Shown: positions 9,906-22,256 of the stretch, in pieces
Layout of the letters: every line of letters begins with the position of its first letter
How positions within the stretch are numbered: position 1 is the stretch's first letter
Origin: Candidatus Sericytochromatia bacterium
Lineage (GTDB): Bacteria > Cyanobacteriota > Sericytochromatia > S15B-MN24 > UBA4093
Direction: 5' to 3'
NCBI GenBank assembly: GCA_036676495.1
Contig: JAKFCT010000019.1
Coordinates: forward strand, 504 to 64,503
DNA: 64,000 nucleotides
Notes under the pieces: generated by a model
Databases searched by the model: none
The model's input: the letters and a program-made list of their open reading frames with translations, nothing else
What the model was told of the DNA's origin: nothing
Translations under genes and position numbers: made by a program

Positions 9906-10427
9906 ATGGTACGGAGTGGGAGCCGTTCGCTCGGGCTCGTTATCGCGCTGCTCCTGCTGCTTGGGCCACCGGCCCATGCCGAGACCGTGGGGTCGCTGAG
10001 CGCGACTCCCTCGTATCACCCCTGGGTGGCGGCGGGCCTCACCTACGCGCCCGCCCTGGCGGCGGTACCGGGCGCGATTCACTCGGATCCGGTCTACCCG
10101 GGCCTTCAGACCTTTGCGCTGGCCTTCGTCGTCAATCCCCTTCCGGGGATGGGGCAGCTCTATACCAACGAGGCCTGGCGGGGCATCGGGATCATGGCGG
10201 GGGGAGCGGCCATGCTGGGGGCCACCGTCGTGGCGAACCTCGCGCTTTACCGCGGGGGACGCTTCTCGCAGGCTGATGCTGCATCGGACGTCGACGTGAG
10301 GCCTTACCTCAACATCGGCTACATGGGCGTGGCGAGCCTGTACTCGCTCTGGGCGGCCTATGATGCCTATCAGATCGCCGAGCGCAAGAACTCCGAACAT
10401 AGGAACGCCGAAGGTGAGACCCCATGA
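9906..10427 (+). CDS. membrane protein, hypothetical
   Basis: ATG 1 nt after the upstream stop. Signal peptide ending AHA. Hydrophobic segments around GMGQLYTNEAWRGIGIMAGGAAML. Confidence 0.6.
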   Translation: MVRSGSRSLGLVIALLLLLGPPAHAETVGSLSATPSYHPWVAAGLTYAPALAAVPGAIHSDPVYPGLQTFALAFVVNPLPGMGQLYTNEAWRGIGIMAGGAAMLGATVVANLALYRGGRFSQADAASDVDVRPYLNIGYMGVASLYSLWAAYDAYQIAERKNSEHRNAEGETP

Positions 10428-11026
10428 GGCGCTATGCCCTGCTGATCGCATGCCTTCTTGGCGGTGGTGCGCGCGAAGCTCTGGCCTCTCCAACTCAGAA
10501 CAGGGCGACCGTCATGGGAGTCCCCCCGTTCAGCCAGGGGCTCGAAGTCGAGTTGGGATTGGGCGATTCCCCGTTCCGTCTCGGCGGCCAGTTCAGCTAC
10601 TTCTGGAATGGAGGGCCGATTGCCCCATGGAACCCCCTCGATCCGGTCGGGGGGCGACAGCAAGGGGACGCCTGGATAGGCTATCAGCGAGACCTTGCTC
10701 CCGACGCGGCGATGGGGGTGATCGTCGGCATGTACCATGCGCGCGACGAGGGCGTCAGCATGCCCGTCTCCGTGATCGCGCAGGAAACCGGCGGGATGGT
10801 TGGAGTGGTCTATGAGCGGACATGGGGATCCGTGCACCTCAGGCTCCGGCCGACCCTCCTGGTGATCCCGCGCGATTGGGTTTACCTCCCCTGGTACGCA
10901 ACCTTGGCCAAATCGGCGGTCCTGTCGGGGATTCCGTGGGTCGAGGTGGGATACCGAATCACTCCGGGCCTGGAATTGGGTCTACGAGCCAGCTTGACTC
11001 CCCTGGCTCTTGCTGTGAGTTTTTGA
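10424..11026 (+). CDS. small outer-membrane beta-barrel-like protein, hypothetical
   Basis: ATGA start/stop overlap with the upstream gene. Signal peptide, alternating beta pattern, C-terminal Phe (LALAVSF). Confidence 0.55.
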   Translation: MRRYALLIACLLGGGAREALASPTQNRATVMGVPPFSQGLEVELGLGDSPFRLGGQFSYFWNGGPIAPWNPLDPVGGRQQGDAWIGYQRDLAPDAAMGVIVGMYHARDEGVSMPVSVIAQETGGMVGVVYERTWGSVHLRLRPTLLVIPRDWVYLPWYATLAKSAVLSGIPWVEVGYRITPGLELGLRASLTPLALAVSF

Positions 11027-11082
11027 ACGGTGGCACCCAACCCGCTCAAGATGGGGACTCGAGAGGCCCCCTTCCTTATGCG

Positions 11083-12912
11083 CTAGCTGGCCTTGGCTCC
11101 GAGCACCACCTCGAGCTGCTTGGCATCCAGGCTCTCGGATTCGAGCAGGGCTTCGGCCAGGTTGATCAGCTTCTGCTTGTGGCGGGACAGGATGTCCTTG
11201 GCGCGCTGGTTGGCGTCCGCGACCAGGCGTGCGACCTCCTGATCCAGGCGGGCGGCGGTCTCCTGGGAGTACGCTTTCTCCATGCCGATGCCGCCTTCTC
11301 CCAGGAAGGCGGAGTCCGAGTCGAGGTCGTAGGCCATGGGGCCGAGGCCTTCGGCCATGCCCCAGCGCATGACCATGCGGCGGGCCAGCTTGGTCATCTC
11401 GACCAGGTCGTTCTCGGCGCCGGTGGTGACCTCTCCGAAGATCAGTTCTTCGGCGGCGCGGCCTCCGAGCTGGACGGCCATCTTCGAGATCAGGTAGCCG
11501 CGCGGGTAGGTGTGCTTGTCGTCCTGGGGCATCTGCTGGGTGACGCCCAGGGCCATGCCGTGGGGGATGATGGTGACCTTGTGCAGGGGGTCGGTATTGG
11601 GCTGGTAGTGGGCGACCAGGGCGTGTCCCGCCTCGTGGTAAGCCACCAGTTCGCGCTCCTTGGCGTCCAGGAGGGTGTTGCGGCGCACGCCGAGGATAAT
11701 CTTGTCCTTGGCTTCCTCGAAGTCGAGCATGGTGACTTGGTTTCGCCCCTTGCGGGCGGCGTTGAGGGCGGCTTCGTTGACGAGGTTCATGAGGTCGGCT
11801 CCGGAGAAGCCGGGGGTTTCGCCCGCGAGGTCCTCCATGACGACGTCGGGCCCGAGGGGGACTTTCTTGGCGTGGATGGAGAGGACCTGCGCGCGGCCGT
11901 GGCGGTCGGGCAGGCCGACGACGACCCGGCGGTCGAAGCGCCCGGGCCGCAGCAGGGCGGGGTCGAGCACGTCCGGCCGGTTGGTGGCCGCGATGATGAT
12001 CACCTCCTGATGGGGCTCGAAGCCGTCCATCTCGGAGAGGAGCTGGTTGAGGGTCTGCTCGCGCTCGTCGTTGACGTTGCCGATGCCCACTCCCCGGCGG
12101 CGGCCGACCGAGTCGATCTCGTCCACGAAGACGATGGCGGGCGCGCGGGCCTTGGCCTTCTCGAAGAGGTCGCGCACGCGGGAGGCGCCGACTCCGACGA
12201 ACATCTCGACGAACTCCGTGGCCGAGATCGAGAAGAAGGGCACTCCGGCCTCGCCGGCGACGGCGCGGGCCAGGAGGGTCTTGCCGGTGCCCGGCGGCCC
12301 CACCAGGAGGACGCCCTTGGGGATCTTGGCGCCCAGGCGGTGGAACTTGGCGGGATCCTTGAGGAAATCGACGACCTCGACCAGCTCGGACTTGGCCTCG
12401 TCGACGCCGGCGACGTCCGCGAAGGTGACTTTGGGTTTCTCGGTGGTGTAGAGCTTGGCCTTGGACTGGCCGAAGCTGAAGGCGTTCTGCTGGGTGGCGC
12501 CCCCTCCCATGCCCATGCGGCTCAGGAGGAAGAGCAGCAGCAGGATCGGCAAGCCGAGGAGAATCAGGTTGAACCACCAGTTACTCGGCTCGGCCTTGGC
12601 GTGGACCACCACGCCCTGACTTTCGAGGCGTTGCAGCAGCGTGGGGTTGTCGACCGGCGGCAACTGGGTCTCGAACTCGGAGACCCGGGCCTCTCCCACC
12701 CCGGTGGGGGAGATCGGGCGCTTGAGCTCTCCGGTCATGGTCTGGCCCTGGATGGTCACTTGCTCGATGTTGCCGCGCTGCAGCTGCTGCTGGAAGGCGG
12801 TGTAGCTGAGGTCCGCTCGGGTGCTTCCCGCCGGAAAGAAGAGCATGAAGCCCACCCAGACCAGGACCAAGACCACCAGGTACCACCAGATCTTGCCCGC
12901 TCCGTCGTCCAT
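11083..12912 (-). CDS. ftsH: ATP-dependent zinc metalloprotease FtsH
   Basis: Two N-terminal TM helices, Walker A GPPGTGKT, Walker B IVFVDEID, zinc site HEAGHAL. Confidence 0.97.
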   Translation of the reverse strand: MDDGAGKIWWYLVVLVLVWVGFMLFFPAGSTRADLSYTAFQQQLQRGNIEQVTIQGQTMTGELKRPISPTGVGEARVSEFETQLPPVDNPTLLQRLESQGVVVHAKAEPSNWWFNLILLGLPILLLLFLLSRMGMGGGATQQNAFSFGQSKAKLYTTEKPKVTFADVAGVDEAKSELVEVVDFLKDPAKFHRLGAKIPKGVLLVGPPGTGKTLLARAVAGEAGVPFFSISATEFVEMFVGVGASRVRDLFEKAKARAPAIVFVDEIDSVGRRRGVGIGNVNDEREQTLNQLLSEMDGFEPHQEVIIIAATNRPDVLDPALLRPGRFDRRVVVGLPDRHGRAQVLSIHAKKVPLGPDVVMEDLAGETPGFSGADLMNLVNEAALNAARKGRNQVTMLDFEEAKDKIILGVRRNTLLDAKERELVAYHEAGHALVAHYQPNTDPLHKVTIIPHGMALGVTQQMPQDDKHTYPRGYLISKMAVQLGGRAAEELIFGEVTTGAENDLVEMTKLARRMVMRWGMAEGLGPMAYDLDSDSAFLGEGGIGMEKAYSQETAARLDQEVARLVADANQRAKDILSRHKQKLINLAEALLESESLDAKQLEVVLGAKAS

Positions 12913-13064
12913 CTGCTCCCAGCCTTTCCCAGCCGTTGCCGGCCTTTCCCGGCATGTCCCGGTTTTCCGGCGCCTGCGCGGCTTCCGACGTCCCTGGCCG
13001 GCGGGGCGTCGGGCCGCGGCGTCCAGAACGCCCGCTTCCTGGCTCTATGAGCCGCTACGGCTCC

Positions 13065-13093
13065 ATCATGAAGTTTTGTTAATCGGCTGTCAA
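13065..13093 (-). promoter_or_regulatory. candidate promoter for ftsH
   Basis: On the minus strand: TTGACA (13088-13093), 17-nt spacer, CATGAT (13065-13070). Implies a 5' UTR of about 150 nt. Confidence 0.3.
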
Positions 13094-13094
13094 A

Positions 13095-14309
<1,215 letters not shown>

Positions 14310-14434
14310 GCGGGGCGCCGGCGGCCGCCCCGGACTTCACAATCCGTTACGTCCTCACTCTAGTTCAGCCCCCCCGGCTTGTCAACGAGGCCTCGACGGG
14401 TATCCGAGCAGGCATGACGAGAGCCAAGCCGTCG

Positions 14435-14462
14435 TTGACTGAAAAAGGATCACGATTACCAT
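14435..14462 (+). promoter_or_regulatory. candidate promoter of first KGG-repeat gene
   Basis: TTGACT (14435-14440), 16-nt spacer, TACCAT (14457-14462). Confidence 0.3.
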
Positions 14463-14514
14463 GGTCAAGCCAGGGGTCGAGGACCGACTCCCAGCGATTG
14501 GAAAGGAGGCGACC

Positions 14515-14784
14515 ATGCCCAAGAAACCGGAACCGCGTCCGAAGCGGGAAGGCGGCGAGATGAGCGTCCGGGAAGCCGGCCGCAAGGGGGGCGAGAAGAC
14601 CTCCGAGACCCATGGCCCCGAATTCTACTCGGAAATCGGCCACAAGGGCGGGGAGAAGGGCGGGGAGGTCACCAAGCAGCGTTACGGCCCCGAGTTCTAC
14701 TCCGAGATCGGCCACAAGGGGGGGCAGAAGGTCAAGGAGCTGATCGAGCGAGGGCGCAAAGAAGAGGGCGAGTCGCGCCCTTGA
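14515..14784 (+). CDS. KGG-repeat general stress protein (YciG/GsiB-like)
   Basis: ATG 14515 after AAGGAGG. EAGRKGGEK and two copies of GPEFYSEIGHKGG. The ORF-track start 14461 lacks an RBS. Confidence 0.85.
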   Translation: MPKKPEPRPKREGGEMSVREAGRKGGEKTSETHGPEFYSEIGHKGGEKGGEVTKQRYGPEFYSEIGHKGGQKVKELIERGRKEEGESRP

Positions 14785-14835
14785 GGGCCGGCAACGAGGC
14801 TTTCGCCCCCGGGGCTTTGGGCTTGCGAGCAATGA

Positions 14836-14864
14836 TTGACAACGCTAAAGGGCCTCTTTAGACT
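14836..14864 (+). promoter_or_regulatory. candidate sigma70-type promoter of second/third KGG genes
   Basis: TTGACA (14836-14841), 17-nt spacer, TAGACT (14859-14864). Confidence 0.45.
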
Positions 14865-14978
14865 TCTTCGTTAAGTTTCACAACTGGGTGGGGTGCCCCT
14901 CTCCGAACGACTCCGAGGGCCCCCGCTCGGACGGGAACCCGCGCGGCGGGAGTCCGTAGGGCGAGAAGGAGGAAGGTC

Positions 14979-15233
14979 ATGGCGCGTAACCCGAAGTCCG
15001 GAGACATGACGACCCGGGAGGCCGGTCGACTCGGTGGCGAGAAGGTCCGTGACAAGTACGGCGTCGAGTTCTACTCCGAGATCGGCCAGAAGGGCGGAGA
15101 GATCGGCGGCCGCAAGGGGGGGAACACCACCAAGCAGAAGTACGGCCCCGAGTTCTACTCGCAGATCGGCAAGAAGGGCGGGAACAAGGTTCGCGACCTG
15201 ATCAATGCCGGTAAGCGGGCGATGGAGGAGTAA
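14979..15233 (+). CDS. KGG-repeat general stress protein
   Basis: RBS GAAGGAGGAAGG. REAGRLGGEK plus YGVEFYSEIGQKGG and YGPEFYSQIGKKGG. Confidence 0.88.
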   Translation: MARNPKSGDMTTREAGRLGGEKVRDKYGVEFYSEIGQKGGEIGGRKGGNTTKQKYGPEFYSQIGKKGGNKVRDLINAGKRAMEE

Positions 15234-15245
15234 AGGAGGGTTCCG

Positions 15246-15446
15246 ATGGCTCGGAAGCAAACGCGTGCCTGGACTCCCGCTCCCAAGACGCCGGAGAAAG
15301 GGAACCTCAGCGTCGCCGAAGCCGGCCGGCTCGGAGGCGAGAAGGTCCGCGACAAGTACGGTCCCGAGTTCTACTCCGAGATCGGCCACAAGGGCGGCCA
15401 GAAGGTCAAGGAGCTGATCGAGCGCGGCAAGAAGAACCTTCCCTGA
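15246..15446 (+). CDS. KGG-repeat general stress protein
   Basis: RBS AAGGAGGG 12 nt after the upstream stop. AEAGRLGGEK and YGPEFYSEIGHKGGQKVKELIERG, the same tail as the first paralog. Confidence 0.88.
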   Translation: MARKQTRAWTPAPKTPEKGNLSVAEAGRLGGEKVRDKYGPEFYSEIGHKGGQKVKELIERGKKNLP

Positions 15447-15531
15447 CGTCCGCCACGATGACTAGCCCGCGTTGCGGCAGGCCCGCGTCGCTTTCCTAAC
15501 CCGATAGCCGCAGGCGCTGCGCAACAGCCGC

Positions 15532-15559
15532 AAGACCTTCCCCCGCGAGGGGGAGGGTC

Positions 15560-15561
<2 letters not shown>
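15532..15561. terminator. GC-rich hairpin between convergent KGG operon and ligA
   Basis: 13-bp stem AAGACCTTCCCCC / GGGGGAGGGTCTT with GCGA loop. Overlaps the ligA stop codon. No clear U-tract. Confidence 0.45.
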
Positions 15562-17650
<2,089 letters not shown>

Positions 17651-17700
17651 TTATTCTAGCGATCGCCACCGCAGCGGGCAAGCTGTAGGGCCGCGCCAAG

Positions 17701-17772
17701 GGGCAAGCCGTGGGGCGGGCCAGTGGGCGGGCCCGTGGGACGAGCCCGTGGGGAGGGCCCGTGGGGCGGGCC
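17701..17772 (+). repeat. G-rich degenerate tandem repeat (about five units of GGGCCCGTGGGGC)
   Basis: Ten runs of three or more G within 72 nt on the plus strand, in the divergent ligA / fumarate hydratase intergenic region. Confidence 0.8.
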
Positions 17773-17805
17773 TCCGCGCCCGCCATGTTGATGGCTTCCT
17801 CCAAT

Positions 17806-17834
17806 TTGAGAAAACCCGCGCCCCGTGGTAGTTT
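17806..17834 (+). promoter_or_regulatory. candidate promoter of fumarate hydratase gene
   Basis: TTGAGA (17806-17811), 17-nt spacer, TAGTTT (17829-17834). Confidence 0.3.
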
Positions 17835-17871
17835 GGAGGGATCGGATCCCCTCTCCAAAAGGAACCTCGTC

Positions 17872-19416
<1,545 letters not shown>

Positions 19417-19440
19417 CGCGGCGCGCCGCAACTGCAACGC

Positions 19441-19482
19441 CGAAGCGCGGGGCCCCGTTCGGGGTCCCGCGCTTCGGGTTTT
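19441..19482. terminator. rho-independent terminator (bidirectional position)
   Basis: 16-bp stem CGAAGCGCGGGGCCCC / GGGGTCCCGCGCTTCG, GTTC loop, followed by GGTTTT. Lies between convergent genes. Confidence 0.85.
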
Positions 19483-19489
19483 GGAGGGA

Positions 19490-20020
19490 TCAGCGTGACG
19501 AGGGATGCTGGAAATCGCGGTAGAACTCGCGCTGGAGCATGGCGATCTGGAGGTTGGCTCCGGTGGAGAGGTTCTGGCGGATCAGCGCTCCGAGGGCGTC
19601 CACCGAGAGCCGGCAGCCCATGGCCCGGGCCTTGGGGATGAGGACGGTGGAGAGCATGCCCGGAGTGCTTTCCGGGTCGAAGAGCAGGGTGCCGCCGAGG
19701 GCGACCCGGATCTGGGGTTTCTGAAGCAGGCGGAAGAACTTGGCCTGGAGCTGGGCACGCCGTTCGGGGCGGGCATCCGCGAGGCTCTGGCTCAGGTGGG
19801 AGAGCAGCTTGGGGTGCCAGGCCGGTTCGGCCAGGAGGCGCTGCCAGATGGCGGCGGGGAAGCGATCCACGTCCACGCGGAAGGGGACGTGATCGAGCCA
19901 GAGGGTTTCGATGCGCGCGTAAGGGAGGGTCGCGCTCAAGGCTTCGAGGGCGATTTCGAGGCCTTGCAGGCCGCGAGCTTTGGCCGGCCAGAGCCGGTAC
20001 TGAGTCTTTTGGACCGACAT
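19490..20020 (-). CDS. hypothetical protein (176 aa)
   Basis: Clean ORF with coding-like composition and ATG start. No motif recognised. Confidence 0.55.
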   Translation of the reverse strand: MSVQKTQYRLWPAKARGLQGLEIALEALSATLPYARIETLWLDHVPFRVDVDRFPAAIWQRLLAEPAWHPKLLSHLSQSLADARPERRAQLQAKFFRLLQKPQIRVALGGTLLFDPESTPGMLSTVLIPKARAMGCRLSVDALGALIRQNLSTGANLQIAMLQREFYRDFQHPSSR

Positions 20021-20237
20021 GGTCGTGACCTCATCGTCAACATCCCGGTCGTCCCCTGCCGTTTCCGGATTTTCCGTGCGTCACGTCGTCGTGCGCCTGG
20101 GGGAAGCGGCGGGACCTGGGTCCAGCGTAACGGGTGATGAGGCGTCCGGCAAGCCTTGCCTCATCGTTTCACTCCAGTCGAAGCCGGCGGGGGGTGTTCC
20201 GCGGAAAAGCCGCAGGTGCCGGGCTCGTCGGGAGAAC

Positions 20238-20263
20238 CGAAGGGCTCCCGATGGAGCCCTTCG
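20238..20263 (-). terminator. hairpin downstream of the MshEN-like gene
   Basis: 11-bp stem CGAAGGGCTCC / GGAGCCCTTCG with a 4-nt loop, 24 nt after stop 20287. No U-tract on the minus strand. Confidence 0.4.
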
Positions 20264-20286
20264 AAAAGTCTGTCGTGAATCGGCGC

Positions 20287-20670
20287 CTAGGCGGCGTCGG
20301 AATGCCAGGAGCGCTGCTCCTCCAGGACCCGCGAGACCTGCTCCAGGGTGCAGAACCCGAGCCGGATCACCAGGTGCCCGAGGAGGAGACCGGTCTTCTC
20401 GTGCTCGCTCACGGCCTCTTCAAGCTGCTCGGAGCTCAGGAAGCCGCGACGCACGAGCATCTGGCCCAGGCGCATGTCGCGGTACTGCTGTTCGAGCTGC
20501 TCTTCGAGCTGGCTGAAGGTGAGGTAGCCCAATCCGAAAAGGAGCTCTCCGAGACGCAGGAAGGGTTTCTTGGTCTGCTCCGCCAGCGCCCGCTGGAGCT
20601 GTTCGTCGGTGATGATGCCCTGAGAAAGAAGTACCTGGCCGAGGCGTTCCCGGCGTGCACCCTGCGACAT
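20287..20670 (-). CDS. stand-alone MshEN/T2SSE_N-like protein (putative c-di-GMP receptor)
   Basis: ATG 20670 after AGGAGG. Four tandem 24-aa units, the first being RLGQVLLSQGIITDEQLQRALAEQ. Confidence 0.75.
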   Translation of the reverse strand: MSQGARRERLGQVLLSQGIITDEQLQRALAEQTKKPFLRLGELLFGLGYLTFSQLEEQLEQQYRDMRLGQMLVRRGFLSSEQLEEAVSEHEKTGLLLGHLVIRLGFCTLEQVSRVLEEQRSWHSDAA

Positions 20671-20820
20671 GGCAATCCTCCTTGTGGATCGGGGGAGCGA
20701 TGCAGAGGCTCCCACGCCTGATATCCTAGCAGGCATGGCCCTTAACACCCAAGGAACTCCTCGCATGGTAGGCTGAAAGAAATTTCCCCGCGTTTCGGAG
20801 ATGCTTGAGGAGACCTTTTC

Positions 20821-21066
20821 ATGGCTGAAATGATGAAGCTTTACCAGTTCGAGTCCTGCCCCTACTGTCAGATGGTCCGCTCGGTGATGAGCGAACTCCA
20901 GCTCACCTACATCAACATCAACGTCCCCCGCGACCGCTCCCAGCGCCAGGAGGTCCTGCGCGTCTCCGGCCAGCCCACCGTTCCCGTGCTCGTCGACGGA
21001 GACGTCGTGCTCGACGACGAGGAGAAGATCATTCCGTACCTGCGCGAGAAATACGCCAAGAAGTAA
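20821..21066 (+). CDS. glutaredoxin-like protein
   Basis: 81 aa, CPYC active site, TVPVL region, RBS GAGGAGA. Confidence 0.88.
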   Translation: MAEMMKLYQFESCPYCQMVRSVMSELQLTYININVPRDRSQRQEVLRVSGQPTVPVLVDGDVVLDDEEKIIPYLREKYAKK

Positions 21067-21085
21067 GGGGCGCCGCGGGCGCCCC
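21067..21085 (+). terminator. short GC hairpin directly after glutaredoxin stop
   Basis: GGGGCGCC GCG GGCGCCCC (8-bp stem), no U-tract. Confidence 0.35.
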
Positions 21086-21194
21086 CAAGGGGACAAGGGC
21101 CGGTGCGGGAGAATCGGCAAGGGGGGCTATTCAATCAATGCCCTCGGTTCCTTGCGATCCTGAAGTCCCGCAACCGACCCTTGAGCGCCAATGT

Positions 21195-21226
21195 AACAGG
21201 CGAGGCGTCACGACGCCTCGCCTGTT
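21195..21226. terminator. hairpin between convergent glutaredoxin and EF-hand genes
   Basis: 14-bp perfect stem AACAGGCGAGGCGT / ACGCCTCGCCTGTT with a 4-nt loop. Confidence 0.5.
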
Positions 21227-21270
21227 GCTTACGGAGAAGGTTAGCGATTTTGACGAACGGTCTCGGGCGC

Positions 21271-22143
21271 CTACTTGGACCCGAACCAGACGTCCTCCGA
21301 CATCCGGGTCTCGCCGTTCTGCACGAAGCTCGAGCGCTCCAGGGTCTCGCCGCGCGCGTTCTTCTCGTGCTTCAGCTGGACCGAGATCTCGGTGATGCCC
21401 AGCTCCGCCAGGCTCTTGAGCTCCCCGCCCTCCAGCTTGGCATCGCCGTCGTCAATCCAGATCTTGAGGCCTTCGAGTTCCTTGCCCGTGAGCTTGCCAT
21501 CGCCGTCCTTGTCGAAGGCCCGGAGCTTGTCGAGTCCGTTGGCGTACTTGCCGCCCTCGTCCCCGAAGAGCCGCTTCCCGTCGATCTCGCCGTCGGTCAG
21601 CATGGCGCCCGTCGCTCCGCCATCCCGATCGTCGACCAGCATGCCGTCACCGTCACCGCTCAACCACTCGATCTCGTCCTTCTTGCCGTCCCCGTCGATG
21701 TCGAAGGAGACCGTCCGGCCGAGAGCGCTTCGCACCCCGTCCTTCGCGGTGGTTTCGCCCGTCGTCCCGATCTTGCCGTCGTTGTTGAGGTCGAAGACCA
21801 AGGGATCCTTCGGCGGCGGAGCCTTGAAGACCTCGCCCATCTCCATCCAGGGAATCCCCTGAGGCACCCGGTCCTTCCAGGGATCCGGCATGACCACCTC
21901 GTAATCGTCGGCCCAGTTCTTCTTGGGAGCGGCGGACGCCGGGGCCTCGGGCAACTTGATCTCGTCGGTCCAATTGGATTTCTGGGGGGCCACCGGAACC
22001 TCGGAGGCCGGGATGGTGACCGCTTCCGCCCAGTTGGTCGTCTTGGGGGTATCGTCCGGAAGCGTGATCGTATCCGTCTTGGGGGTGTAGACCACCTCCG
22101 CCCACTGGTTGGTGAAACCTTGTCCGTTCACGGGCGAGCTCAT
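21271..22143 (-). CDS. calcium-binding EF-hand/DxDxDG repeat protein
   Basis: ATG 22143 after GAGGAGG. N-terminal NW[AT][ED] repeats every 20-25 aa. Ca-binding loops DLNNDGKIG, DIDGDGKKDEIE, DKDGDGKLTGKELE, DDGDAKLEGGELK. No signal peptide. Confidence 0.75.
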   Translation of the reverse strand: MSSPVNGQGFTNQWAEVVYTPKTDTITLPDDTPKTTNWAEAVTIPASEVPVAPQKSNWTDEIKLPEAPASAAPKKNWADDYEVVMPDPWKDRVPQGIPWMEMGEVFKAPPPKDPLVFDLNNDGKIGTTGETTAKDGVRSALGRTVSFDIDGDGKKDEIEWLSGDGDGMLVDDRDGGATGAMLTDGEIDGKRLFGDEGGKYANGLDKLRAFDKDGDGKLTGKELEGLKIWIDDGDAKLEGGELKSLAELGITEISVQLKHEKNARGETLERSSFVQNGETRMSEDVWFGSK

Positions 22144-22256
22144 CGCGCGTCCTCCTCTCAATCGGCACTTCGTTACTTTAGTTATGCCACGGCCCGGGCA
22201 GGAATTGCGCGGCTTTACGGAGACTTGTCCGAACTAAAGCGGGATTTAATAATCGC

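Noticed and set aside
10822-13050. 742-aa ORF antisense to ftsH (also the 531-aa ORF at 10982-12577 in another frame)
   Set aside because: ftsH on the minus strand is unequivocal. The antisense and alternative-frame translations are low-complexity with no recognisable domain.
17701-17772. Possible CRISPR array or tRNA-like element in the G-rich repeat
   Set aside because: The units are only 12-13 nt and directly adjacent without spacers. No cas genes are present, and there is no cloverleaf potential.
20671-21120. Extension of the MshEN-like ORF up to 21120, covering the glutaredoxin locus
   Set aside because: ATG 20670 has a perfect AGGAGG RBS and starts right at the first motif. The extension is antisense to a CPYC glutaredoxin gene.
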